DNA of 64,000 bases from Nannocystaceae bacterium ST9 (lineage in GTDB: Bacteria; Myxococcota_A; Polyangia; Nannocystales; Nannocystaceae), in contig JBLWFJ010000001.1 of the NCBI GenBank assembly GCA_048320885.1, positions 5,825,697 to 5,889,696 on the forward strand, given 5' to 3'. Numbering within the stretch: position 1 is the stretch's first letter; every line of letters starts with the position of its first letter. The notes beneath the pieces were generated by a model. It was given only the letters and a program-made list of their open reading frames with translations, ran no database searches and was not told where the DNA came from. This document shows, piece after piece, positions 9,792-18,891 of this stretch. The position numbers and the translations under genes were made by a program.

Positions 9792-11201
9792 TCAGGCTCG
9801 CGAGCGTCGCCGCCGAGCCAACCCGAGCAGCCCGAACAACCCCGCGAGCAGGCCCGCGCCGGTCGGCGTCGGCTCCGTGGTCGCGCAGCCCTTCGCGGTC
9901 GCGCCCGGCTTCTCGTCGCTGCCGCGATAGATCCCGTCGCCACCACCCTCGCCGCCGGAGCCACCGCCCTCGCCGGCCGAGCTGCCGCCACCTTCGTCTC
10001 CGTCGCCGCCGACCGAGCTCGCGCCGCCCTCGTCGTCGCCCTCGCCCCCGTCACCATCGCCGCCGGCGGTGCCGAACTTCTCTTCGCGCTTCTTCTGCTG
10101 GTCGGCCTTGTACTTGATGTAGCTCTCCGGCAGGTCGGGCAGGGTCTGGAGCATCCGCGGGCGGACGTCGGACAGCTTCTTCCACGCGCCCGGGCTCGGG
10201 ACCGCGCCGCCGCCGGCCGGCTTCTGCACGCCGAGGATGTAGAGCGCTCGCCGGTTGCGGACCTCGTCGACGCTGTCGCCGGTCTCGACCGCCAGGCCGC
10301 GCTCGCCCATGCCGGCGTAGTAGATCTCGCACCACGCCCCCTTGTCGAAGAAGTACTTGGCGATCGCCTTGGCCCGATCTTCGGACAGCTTCTGGTTGTC
10401 GCCGCCGTTGCCGACCGTGTCGGTGTAGCCGACGATGTAGAGCTGGGCCGAGAGGTTGCCGTTGACGGCCAGGTTGGCCTTGTCGAGCCCGGCGAGCTCG
10501 TGGACCAGGACCGCGAACGCCTCGGCGACCTTGGGCTCTTCGTCGGGCTTGATGATCGCCTTGCCCGAGTCGAAGTTGACCTCGGTGTGGGGGATGTCGA
10601 CCGCCCAGGGCACCCGCGTGTCGGTGTACGAGAACCCGGTGTCGTCCTCGCCGGTGACCTTGATCATGAACACCTCGCGGTCGGTGTTCCACTTCATCTC
10701 GAAGGTCTGGCCGGCCTCGATCACCTCGTCGGTGATCAGCTTCTCGGTGATCAGGTCGCCGTCGGTGTCGAAGACCTGCAAGGTCCGCGAGCTGATCGTG
10801 AAGGGCGTCTTGTACTTGATGGTCTGGCGATCGACGATGTCGGTGCGATCGCTGAGCAGCTCGAACGCGCCTTTCTTGCCGCCGGCGATCGGCTTTTGGA
10901 CTTCGAAGCTGCCGTTGGTGAACGCCTCGTTGGCCTCGATCTCGATGTCGTACGAGACCTGGCGGTCCTTCTGCTTCCAGGTGATCTTGGTCGGCTTGTT
11001 GGCCTTGATGCTGACGGTTTTGCTCAGCTCGCTGCCGTCCGAGCCGGTGATCTTGACCTTGACTTCGGCGAGCGGCTCGTCGGAGGTCAGCTCGACCCAG
11101 GCGGTGCCGCTCTCGTCGGTCTGGCCGGAGTATTGCCAGCCGAAGCCGCCGAGCATCATGAAGAGGGCGAGCAGCGGGGCGGTGAGGGATGCGATGGCCA
11201 T
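9792..11201 (-). CDS. OmpA/MotB-domain surface protein with Gly/Asp-rich linker and MYXO-CTERM sorting tail
   Basis: N-terminal signal MAIASLTAPLLALFMMLGG. OmpA_C-like peptidoglycan-binding motif YIVGYTDTVGNGGDNQKLSEDRAKAIAKYFFDKG. G/D/E-rich low-complexity linker. C-terminus GCATTEPTPTGAGLLAGLFGLLGLARRRRSRA matches the MYXO-CTERM pattern (Cys, then hydrophobic stretch, then Arg-rich tail). Confidence 0.8.
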   Translation of the reverse strand: MAIASLTAPLLALFMMLGGFGWQYSGQTDESGTAWVELTSDEPLAEVKVKITGSDGSELSKTVSIKANKPTKITWKQKDRQVSYDIEIEANEAFTNGSFEVQKPIAGGKKGAFELLSDRTDIVDRQTIKYKTPFTISSRTLQVFDTDGDLITEKLITDEVIEAGQTFEMKWNTDREVFMIKVTGEDDTGFSYTDTRVPWAVDIPHTEVNFDSGKAIIKPDEEPKVAEAFAVLVHELAGLDKANLAVNGNLSAQLYIVGYTDTVGNGGDNQKLSEDRAKAIAKYFFDKGAWCEIYYAGMGERGLAVETGDSVDEVRNRRALYILGVQKPAGGGAVPSPGAWKKLSDVRPRMLQTLPDLPESYIKYKADQQKKREEKFGTAGGDGDGGEGDDEGGASSVGGDGDEGGGSSAGEGGGSGGEGGGDGIYRGSDEKPGATAKGCATTEPTPTGAGLLAGLFGLLGLARRRRSRA

Positions 11202-11276
11202 CGGGGTCTCCTGGTCGTACGCGCTTGGCGTAGCGGGGCGTCGGGGTCGGGGCGGTCGGGATTGTAGCGAACTCGG

Positions 11277-11642
11277 TCAGGTCTTCGCACGCTGATCGTG
11301 CCGGACCTCGATGATCGTGTGGATTCCGCCCCGAACCAGGAAGTCGCCCTCGACGACCATCCAGCGCGGATCGGTCGCGGCGACCAGATCATCGAGGATC
11401 TGGTTGGTGACCGCCTCGTGGAACGCCCCCTGATCGCGGTAGGTCCACAGGTAGAGCTTGAGCGCCTTGAGCTCGACGCAGCGCTGATCGGGGCAGTAGC
11501 GGATCCGAATGGTCGCGAAGTCCGGCTGGCCCGTGAGCGGGCACAGGCAGGTGAACTCCGGGCACTCGAAGCGGATCTCGAAGTCCCGCTCGGGCCTGGG
11601 GTTGGGGAAGGTCTCGAGCGCTCGGGAAGGCTGGGTCGCCAC
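11277..11642 (-). CDS. queF: NADPH-dependent 7-cyano-7-deazaguanine (preQ0) reductase QueF, type I
   Basis: [24 protein letters not shown]...ELKALKLYL motifs; 121 aa. Confidence 0.85.
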   Translation of the reverse strand: MATQPSRALETFPNPRPERDFEIRFECPEFTCLCPLTGQPDFATIRIRYCPDQRCVELKALKLYLWTYRDQGAFHEAVTNQILDDLVAATDPRWMVVEGDFLVRGGIHTIIEVRHDQRAKT

Positions 11643-11805
11643 CCGAGGCGTGTGCCCGGCGACCGTCGAGTCGTCAAGGGTCCGGCCGGCCCCGCGGCGG
11701 GTTCGCGGCAGGCGATCTGGCCTGAAAAGTCGATTGCATGCCGGAATTCACCGCGTTTGCGCCTTGACCGCTTCATCGAGGCGGACGTAGCGTGATTGCG
11801 CGCCG

Positions 11806-14800
11806 ATGAGCATCTCACCTCCCTCTCCGGTCGATCGCCTGCATCCGGTGCTCTTCGAGCTGTGGCTCCCCAACGGGCCGAACATCACCTGGCAGGTGGT
11901 GCGCCTGCACGGGATCGAGGCCCTCTCGACGCCCTACGAGTTCGTGCTCGATCTGATCACCGACGATCCCTTGGCCAGCTACGAGGAGATGCTCGGGGCT
12001 GACGCCGAGCTGCTGCTCGATCGCAACGGCGTGGTGCGGGTCGTCTACGGGATCATCGACGAGGTCCAGGCGGTGATGTCGGCCGAGTCGCGGGTCGCGA
12101 GCGCGGGGCTGGTCGTGCGCGCGCGGATCGTTCCGGCGTTCAAGCTGCTCGATCAGCAGCTCGACACCCGCTTCTTCGCCGGCCAGACCGTGGTCGAGAT
12201 CGTCCGCGATGTCCTGACCGCCGCGCTCGAGCCCTACCAGCGGACGATCGACGCGAGCGCGAGCGTCAAGGGCACCTACGCCAAGCGCGACTACTGCGTG
12301 CAGTTCCGCGAGACGACCTTCGCGTTCTGCAGCCGGATCCTCGAGGAAGAGGGCATCAGCTACCAGTTCGTCAACGACGACGACGAGCACAAGGAGAAGC
12401 TGGTCCTGATCGACAGCAACGCGGATTACCGCGAGGTCGAGCTGCTGGTCGCCGACGCGATCCCGATCGTGCTCAGCCGGCCCGACGAGCTCGACCGCGA
12501 GTCGATCCAGGCGTTCGACTGGCGAGACGCGCGGACGCCCAACCGCGTGCTGACCCGCGGCTACAACTTCAAGGTCGCGACCACGCCCGACGAGGGCAGC
12601 GCGGAGCGGACCGACCCGCACAACCCCGGCACCCGCGAGCAGTTCCTCGACGACGATCGCCGGCAGATCGTCGACGATCCGATCAACGATCCCGAGGCCC
12701 AGAGCTTCACCGGGGCCGACCTCGCCCAGCGCGTGCCGCTGGCCGAGCGGCTGCTGCAACTGCACACCCAGGAGTCGGCGATCGGCCAGGGCCGGGCCAA
12801 CGCGATCGGGTTCGGGCCCGGCCGGACCTTCACGCTCGGCGAGCACCCGCAGGCCTCGCTCGATCACCACCGCTTCTTGCTGACGCGGGTGGTCCACGAG
12901 GGCGCGATCGGGGGCAGCTCGGGCTCGCCCGAGCGCTCGTACGCCAACCGCTTCGACTGCGTCCCGGTCGAGCACGAGCATCGCCCGGCGCTGCGGACCG
13001 CCAAGCCGCGCGTGTACGGGATCCAGACCGGCGTGGTCGTCGGTCGGGCGCAAGACGAGATCTACACCGATCAATTCGGGCGGATTCGGGTCAAGTTCCA
13101 CCGCGATCGCCACAGCGGCAACGACGAGCAGGCCTCGTGCTGGATCCGCGTCGCCCAGGTCTGGGCCGGCTCGGGGTTCGGCGCGGTCGTGATCCCGCGG
13201 GTCGGCATGGAGGTCGTGGTGTCGTTCGTCGACGGCAACCCCGACTGCCCGCTGGTGACCGGCTGCGTCTACGACAGCCAGAACATGCCGCCCTATCCGC
13301 TGCCGGCGGAGATGACCAAGACCACGTTCAAGACCGCGTCGAGCCCGGGCGGCGAGGGGTTCAACGAGCTGCGCTTCGAGGACGCGCACGGGTCCGAGCA
13401 GGTGTTCATCCATGCCCAGCGGCGGATGGACGTGCGGGTCCGCGGCAGCCTCTACGAGACCTGCGGAGGCAGCCGCGAGGAGCGAGTCGGCTGGGAGCGC
13501 GGCGACGATCAGGGCGGCGACCACAACACGCTGGTCCACAAGGACGTCAACCATCACGTCAAGGAGATCCGCTACACCAAGGTCGAGAAGGAGCAGTACG
13601 AGACGGTCATGCTCGACCTGATCGAGGACTTCCAGACCAAGCACATGGTTCTGGTCGGCGAGGTCAGCCAGCTCAGCGCGCCCAAGGTCGTGGTCGAGGC
13701 CAGCGACAAGATCAGCCACAAGGCCGGGGCGATCCTGGTGACCGGCAGCTCGACGGTCGACATCAAGGGCGGCGGCAAGGTCGCGATCGAGAGCAACAAC
13801 GCGATCGAGATGAAGGTCGGCGGCAGCTTCATCTCGATCACGCCGGGCGGGATCGCGATCCAGGGCGTGTCGGTCCGGATCAACAGCGGCGGCGGGGTCG
13901 GTCCGGCCAGCGAGGGCGAGGCCGCGGTCTCGGTCGAGATGCTCGATCCGCTCGACGCGCTCGGGGCCGACGACGGCCAGATCCATCACGGTGGCGGCGG
14001 GGGTGGGGGAGGCGGCCGGACCCGCACGGGTCGCACGCTCGATCCTCATCACGCGCCGCCGATGCAGCCCCCGCCTCCGCCTCCGCCGGGCCACCCGACG
14101 GTCCAGCCCGACGGGACGCTGCGGCAGTTCCTGACCATCGAGTGGGTCGAGGTCGAGACCTGGTGCAGCGAGCCGGCGACCCTGCGCGGGACCACCCAGG
14201 GCTACACCGACGGCGACACCGAGTCGGCCGACGTCCGCAACACCAGCGACGGCGCGGTCCAGCGCGCGCAGACCCTGACGATCACCAGCAACGCGTACAG
14301 CCAGGCGTTCGACGTGGTCAACCTGCTGCCGCGCCGGGTCGGGGCCAACTTCGAGACCGAGCGGACGCTCGACGCGATCGCGGTCGGCCAGACCACGCCG
14401 ACGGCGATCCGCCTGCGCTTCATCCCGACCCTGACCTCGACCCACTGCACGATCAACAGCTCGCACTTCGACCTCTCGGTGACCAACTACGAGGCGCTGA
14501 TGGGCGGGACGATCAACTACGTGCCGGGGTGGATCCAGTTCATCATTCAGCTCGGCGCGACCGTGCCGGCCGGCACCGGCGGCAACTGTGGGGTCAACTT
14601 CGGGACCCCGACCGCCGGCAGCTTCAGCGGGACCGACTGGCGCTACGCCAAGCGCAGCACGACCACCGGCGGGCTGCTCTACTGGAACGGGACCGCGTGG
14701 ACGGCCGTGCCGGCGACCTGGTCGGATCCGGCCAACGTGCTGCTCTACCCGATCGCGATCTGGATCGAGGGCGGCACCAACCACACGCAGTTCGGGACCA

Positions 14801-15324
14801 CGGCCTGGCCCGAGGCGATCCCGGCCTGGGGCGCGACCGAGACCACGCTCGCGACCACCACGCTGGCGACCTGGACGACCAACATCAACGCGACTTGGAC
14901 TGGCAAGTTCGACCTCAAGCGGGTCGAGTGCCGAAGCACCGACGCGCAGTGCTGCCGCTACAAGACTCGCTGCAGCGTGACCTTCGTGCAGGTCGCGGTG
15001 AAGGGCAGCGGCATCGTGCTCGCGGCCAACAACGCCCGCTCGAACGCCGGCGTCTGGTCGCTCGGCGACACCCGGGCCGGCATGCCGCCGCACGAGTTCG
15101 GCCACCACCTCGGCAACCCCGACGAGTATGCCGGCGGCGTCGGCATCGACGCGAGCGTCAACACCGACGGCGCGACCGCGGGCATCGACCCCAACTCGAT
15201 CATGGGCGCCAACCTGAGCACTGTGAAGCGACGCCACTACAACACGATCTGCAAGCACCTGGCCGCGATGGTCAGCACGCAGTTCGGCCGGACCTACACC
15301 TACAACGCCGTGCCGGTCGTCTGA
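11806..15324 (+). CDS. vgrG: Type VI secretion spike protein VgrG (TssI) with glycine/proline-rich linker and C-terminal HExxH zinc-metallopeptidase-like effector domain (an evolved VgrG)
   Basis: The gp27/gp5 core is unmistakable: RVAQVWAGSGFGAVVIPRVGMEVVVSFVDGNPDCPLVTGCVYDSQNMPPYPLPAEMTKTTFKTASSPGGEGFNELRFEDAHGSEQVFIHAQRRMD. A beta-helix repeat region (ISHKAGAILVTGSSTVDIKGGGKVAIESNNAIEMKVGGSFISITPGGIAIQG) follows, then a G9/P8 linker. The C-terminal ~430 aa extension ends ...GMPPHEFGHHLGNPDEY...IDPNSIMGANL, i.e. HExxHxxGxxD followed by a Met-turn-like SIMG. Confidence 0.9.
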   Translation: MSISPPSPVDRLHPVLFELWLPNGPNITWQVVRLHGIEALSTPYEFVLDLITDDPLASYEEMLGADAELLLDRNGVVRVVYGIIDEVQAVMSAESRVASAGLVVRARIVPAFKLLDQQLDTRFFAGQTVVEIVRDVLTAALEPYQRTIDASASVKGTYAKRDYCVQFRETTFAFCSRILEEEGISYQFVNDDDEHKEKLVLIDSNADYREVELLVADAIPIVLSRPDELDRESIQAFDWRDARTPNRVLTRGYNFKVATTPDEGSAERTDPHNPGTREQFLDDDRRQIVDDPINDPEAQSFTGADLAQRVPLAERLLQLHTQESAIGQGRANAIGFGPGRTFTLGEHPQASLDHHRFLLTRVVHEGAIGGSSGSPERSYANRFDCVPVEHEHRPALRTAKPRVYGIQTGVVVGRAQDEIYTDQFGRIRVKFHRDRHSGNDEQASCWIRVAQVWAGSGFGAVVIPRVGMEVVVSFVDGNPDCPLVTGCVYDSQNMPPYPLPAEMTKTTFKTASSPGGEGFNELRFEDAHGSEQVFIHAQRRMDVRVRGSLYETCGGSREERVGWERGDDQGGDHNTLVHKDVNHHVKEIRYTKVEKEQYETVMLDLIEDFQTKHMVLVGEVSQLSAPKVVVEASDKISHKAGAILVTGSSTVDIKGGGKVAIESNNAIEMKVGGSFISITPGGIAIQGVSVRINSGGGVGPASEGEAAVSVEMLDPLDALGADDGQIHHGGGGGGGGGRTRTGRTLDPHHAPPMQPPPPPPPGHPTVQPDGTLRQFLTIEWVEVETWCSEPATLRGTTQGYTDGDTESADVRNTSDGAVQRAQTLTITSNAYSQAFDVVNLLPRRVGANFETERTLDAIAVGQTTPTAIRLRFIPTLTSTHCTINSSHFDLSVTNYEALMGGTINYVPGWIQFIIQLGATVPAGTGGNCGVNFGTPTAGSFSGTDWRYAKRSTTTGGLLYWNGTAWTAVPATWSDPANVLLYPIAIWIEGGTNHTQFGTTAWPEAIPAWGATETTLATTTLATWTTNINATWTGKFDLKRVECRSTDAQCCRYKTRCSVTFVQVAVKGSGIVLAANNARSNAGVWSLGDTRAGMPPHEFGHHLGNPDEYAGGVGIDASVNTDGATAGIDPNSIMGANLSTVKRRHYNTICKHLAAMVSTQFGRTYTYNAVPVV

Positions 15325-15340
15325 CCCGAGGAATTTTCGA

Positions 15341-16303
15341 ATGAGTGATCCGCAAGACGAAGCCTTTCGGCTCGACTTTCGTGTCCGCGGTGGCGAGCTG
15401 ATGGCCAGCCTGCCCGGACACTTCCAGACCACGATCGAGATCGCCGAGTACGGCACCTGGCTGCGCGTGCGCAGCGACGAGAAGCTCGCGATGCTGGTCT
15501 TGACCCGCCACAACGGCGACCTGGTCGAGCGGCCGGTCGGGCTGTTTCGCATGCGGCTCGACGATCGCCAGCTCGCCGAGCTGCGCGGCGCGGTCGAGTC
15601 GACCGGGTGGACCAAGCTGCCGAGGCCCTCGCGCGGCGACGTCACGGCCAGCCAGCTCTCGATCGACTACCTGCGCGGGGGCTTGCTGATCCGGCGCGAC
15701 TTCAACGCGCGCAGCCGCGAGTTCATCGTCGCGATCTGGCCGCTGATGGAGCAGCTCAACGCGCTGATGGGCACGCTGCTGACTCGGCCGGCCGGGGCGA
15801 TCGCGGTCGCGGTCGCGAGCGAGCCCGATCCCGACGACCCCGGTCGGCGCGTCTCGAAGTTGATCCTCTCGAACCCCGGCAGTTGGCCGGTCGTGCTGAC
15901 CGATCCACGCGTGGCCAAGCCGGCGCACGTCCAGCGCTCGCGCGCGCGGATCCTGGTCGCGCTCGCGCCCAGGGAGACGCCGGGGATGATGGCCGTGCCG
16001 CCGCGCTGGGTGAGCGTCGAGCTGCCTGCGCTGGCCGAGGGCGCGCCCGAGCTCCAGACGTTGCAAGCCGGCGGCAAGCTCGAGATCGCGGTGCCCTGGC
16101 AGGCGCCCGGTCCCGGGGCCTACGTGATGCAGGGCGTGTGGGACGACTACGCCGGACCGATCACGCCGGCCGACGATCATCTGCCGATCATGCCGCTGCG
16201 CGGCGACGACGAGCCGGCGCCGACCGGCGCGGTGTATCCCGTGCGCGGGGCCGCGTTCTCGGTCTACGCTTCGTTCGTGATCGAGCCCCCGAAGCAAAAA
16301 TGA
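15341..16303 (+). CDS. VgrG-island paralogous protein A (no signal peptide); candidate immunity or adaptor protein
   Basis: 320 aa; no recognisable known domain. ~45% identical over ~270 aa to the next ORF (shared blocks WLRVRSDE..LVLTRHNGD.VERPVG.FR, VVLTDPRV, YPVRGAAFS.YASF). Its stop overlaps the next start (ATGA). Confidence 0.6.
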   Translation: MSDPQDEAFRLDFRVRGGELMASLPGHFQTTIEIAEYGTWLRVRSDEKLAMLVLTRHNGDLVERPVGLFRMRLDDRQLAELRGAVESTGWTKLPRPSRGDVTASQLSIDYLRGGLLIRRDFNARSREFIVAIWPLMEQLNALMGTLLTRPAGAIAVAVASEPDPDDPGRRVSKLILSNPGSWPVVLTDPRVAKPAHVQRSRARILVALAPRETPGMMAVPPRWVSVELPALAEGAPELQTLQAGGKLEIAVPWQAPGPGAYVMQGVWDDYAGPITPADDHLPIMPLRGDDEPAPTGAVYPVRGAAFSVYASFVIEPPKQK

Positions 16304-17373
16304 CCGACGCCACCCGACGCGAGTTTCTGCTGGCCGGCCTCGGCGTGGTGGGTGTTTCGATCGGCTGTCGCTCGGAGGAGTCCGAGGCCCCGCCGGGATC
16401 GAGCAAGCGCCGAGCCGAGAGCGAGTCCCCGAGCGATACAGCCGTGAACGATCCAGCCGTGAACGATCCGCCCGCGTCGAACCAACTCGTGCGCTTCCGA
16501 CTCGACTTTCGCTCGGCCGGCGGCCACGTGATGGCCCAGGACGGCACGCAGGCGATCCACGAGTGGACGAGCTGGCTGCGGGTGCGCAGCGACGAGCGAG
16601 TGGCCGAGCTGGTGTTGACCCGGCACAACGGCGACATGGTCGAGCGCCCGGTCGGCCGCTTTCGCCAGACGCTCGACGACGCCGGGCTGCTCGCGCTCCA
16701 GCAGGCGATCGTCGCGACGAAGTGGGCCGAGCTGCCCGAGCCGCAGATCGGCGATCCGACCGCGAACTGGCTGACCTTCGAGTATGTCGCGGGCGAGACG
16801 GTGATCCGTCGCGAGTTCAGCGCGAGCGCCCAGGCGTTCATGACCGCGATCAGTCCCTTGCTGCTGGTGCTCAATGCGGCCATGAGCGCGCCGCTGGCCG
16901 GGCCGCTGGCCGCGATCGCGGTCGTGGCCGAGGCCGCGCGCGCCAAGCCGGGCAAGCCGGTGATCTTGACCATGCGCCTGCGCAACCTCGGGACCGAGCC
17001 GGTGGTGATCACCGATCCTCGCGTGCCGGCGAGCGGCGACGCGGGCCCACGGGCGCGGCTGCTGGTCGCCGCCAAGCCCGGCGAGATGCACATGCCCTCG
17101 TGGACCGCGATCGATCTCGACCCGCTGCCGGCCGGCTCGCCCGAGGTTCGGGTGCTCGAGGCCGGCGGCGAGCTCGAGCTCGCCACGAGCTGGACCCCGA
17201 CGCTGAAGGGCGCCTGCCTGCTGCAAGCGGTCTGGCAGGACTACGCCGGACCGATCCGTGCCGCGCCCGATCAGCTCGGCTTCTTCCCTCTGCCCGAGGC
17301 GGGCCCGAGCGCGGCGGGCCCCTATCCCGTGCGTGGGGCCGCGTTCTCGAGCTACGCGAGCTTCGATGCCTGA
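16300..17373 (+). CDS. VgrG-island paralogous protein B with Tat/lipoprotein-type signal; candidate periplasmic immunity protein
   Basis: ATG at 16300, in frame with the tail of track ORF 15607..17373. N-terminus MTDATRREFLLAGLGVVGVSIGC is a twin-arginine-like signal plus lipobox. A low-complexity linker with AVNDP x2 follows, then the same conserved body as paralog A. Confidence 0.6.
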   Translation: MTDATRREFLLAGLGVVGVSIGCRSEESEAPPGSSKRRAESESPSDTAVNDPAVNDPPASNQLVRFRLDFRSAGGHVMAQDGTQAIHEWTSWLRVRSDERVAELVLTRHNGDMVERPVGRFRQTLDDAGLLALQQAIVATKWAELPEPQIGDPTANWLTFEYVAGETVIRREFSASAQAFMTAISPLLLVLNAAMSAPLAGPLAAIAVVAEAARAKPGKPVILTMRLRNLGTEPVVITDPRVPASGDAGPRARLLVAAKPGEMHMPSWTAIDLDPLPAGSPEVRVLEAGGELELATSWTPTLKGACLLQAVWQDYAGPIRAAPDQLGFFPLPEAGPSAAGPYPVRGAAFSSYASFDA

Positions 17374-17409
17374 TAGGATGCCTGATGGGACGCGTGATAG
17401 GATGATCGC

Positions 17410-17700
17410 GTGAGCTTGGCGGCGAGGGTCACGGACGCGCACACCTGCCCGGCATGGTTTCCGCTGCCGCATGTCGGCGGGGTGATCACCGGGCCCGGGA
17501 TCCCGACCGTGTTGATCGGCAGCATGCCGGCGGCCGTGCAGGGCACGGTCTGCACCTGCGCCTTCGGTCCGCCCAACCCGATCGCGTCGGGCTCGACGAC
17601 CGTGCAGATCGGCAGCATGCCGGCGGCGCGCATGGGCGATCCGACCTCGCACGGCGGCAGCATCGTCGCGGGCTGTCCGACCGTGCTGATCGGTGGTTGA
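17410..17700 (+). CDS. PAAR-domain protein (T6SS spike tip cap), minimal form without toxin extension
   Basis: 96 aa, GTG start. Repeated PAAR motifs ...VLIGSMPAAVQGTVCTC... and ...VQIGSMPAARMGDPTSHGG... Confidence 0.85.
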   Translation: MSLAARVTDAHTCPAWFPLPHVGGVITGPGIPTVLIGSMPAAVQGTVCTCAFGPPNPIASGSTTVQIGSMPAARMGDPTSHGGSIVAGCPTVLIGG

Positions 17701-17703
17701 TCG

Positions 17704-18891
17704 GTGATCGAGCCGAGCGAGCTCGAGCGCCTGCTCGCGCAGGGCCGCGGCGCCGGCTGGCTCGCGGCGCGCGAGCTCGGCGAGCCGGCGATCGAGCTCG
17801 TGCTGCGCTGCGTGATCACGGATCCACGCTGGGATGGCCAGGTCGAGTCGCGCGACGCGTACTACGCCTCGCTCTTGCTCGCCCTTTCCGCGGATCCCCG
17901 GCCGATCGTCGACGCGTTGGTCGGCCGCGATCCCGGAGACGTCGCGCTGGCCCGCAACGTGCTGATCGAGCTGGCCTGGCGTGGCCACGCTGGCGCGCTG
18001 GCGGCCGTGGTCGAGCGCGTGCGTGCGGGCAGCGAGACCGCCGATGATCTGTGGCTGGCCTCCGATCTCGACGGGAGCTTCGCCGCGCGGGTCCACGCGC
18101 TCGCGGGGCGCACGATAGCGACGCATGAAGCCGCGCCCGTGCGCGCGCGCCCGCAGTTGGATCCCGAGCTCGGCATCGCCGAGCTGATCGCGATCGCGAC
18201 CGAGTCGACCGACACGTCGCGTTGGCACGCCGCCCGGCGCTTGGGCGAGCTCGACCAGCTCGACCATGCCGCGCTGATCGACGCCGCCGAGGCATACCTG
18301 CGATCGGAGTGTGGCGTGCCCTCGGGCCAGCGAAACCGACGCGGTGAGCATCTGCGCCGGGTCGGTTGGCTGCGCTACCTCGAGGCGCTCCCGGCCGCGC
18401 GGACGCTCCCGCTCGCCCGCGCGTGGGCCCGCGCCGAGTGGCCGCTGAGCCTCGCGGCCGACAAGCTCTTGGTTCGTCACGCCGAGCCCGAGGATCGCCC
18501 ACTGCTCGAGCAGCTCGGCGGCGAGGCCCTGGCCACGCTCGACCGCTACCGGCTCTGCTCGATGGTCGACGCGCTCGCTCGGCTCGCCGCGCCCGAGTCG
18601 ATCGAATTCCTGATCGCCGTCTACACCACGATCGACTACTCGTACGCCCGCGAGCGAGCCTGCGTCGCCCTGCTCGCGCACGCCGATCATCTCGCGGTCC
18701 GGCCCCTGCTGGTCGAGGCGCTGTGGGACTGCGAGGCCGGCACGCGCGAGGATGCGTGCGGGGCCGTCGATCCGCGCGCGAACGCGGCCCGCCTGCGCGA
18801 GCTCGCCGACGATCCCTGCGAGCGCCCCTCGGTCCGCGAGGCCGCCCGCTCGTGTGGCGCCGAGCCGTGCTGGGGTACAATCTCGCAGTGA
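17704..18891 (+). CDS. HEAT/ARM-like repeat protein of the VgrG-PAAR island; candidate T6SS effector, chaperone or immunity protein
   Basis: GTG start 3 nt after the PAAR stop. 395 aa Ala/Leu/Arg-rich helical repeats (...LLVEALWDCEAGTREDACGAVDPRANAARLRELADDPCERPSVREAARSC...). No catalytic motif recognised. Its stop overlaps the next start (GTGA). Confidence 0.5.
   Translation: MIEPSELERLLAQGRGAGWLAARELGEPAIELVLRCVITDPRWDGQVESRDAYYASLLLALSADPRPIVDALVGRDPGDVALARNVLIELAWRGHAGALAAVVERVRAGSETADDLWLASDLDGSFAARVHALAGRTIATHEAAPVRARPQLDPELGIAELIAIATESTDTSRWHAARRLGELDQLDHAALIDAAEAYLRSECGVPSGQRNRRGEHLRRVGWLRYLEALPAARTLPLARAWARAEWPLSLAADKLLVRHAEPEDRPLLEQLGGEALATLDRYRLCSMVDALARLAAPESIEFLIAVYTTIDYSYARERACVALLAHADHLAVRPLLVEALWDCEAGTREDACGAVDPRANAARLRELADDPCERPSVREAARSCGAEPCWGTISQ

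Noticed and set aside
7091-10057. 988-aa minus-strand ORF spanning the FNR, photolyase and OmpA regions
   Set aside because: Composition-only ORF (R/A/G/P-rich) overlapping three independently supported genes on both strands.
11815-15645. 1276-aa minus-strand ORF antisense to vgrG
   Set aside because: No motifs. The sense strand encodes an unmistakable VgrG.
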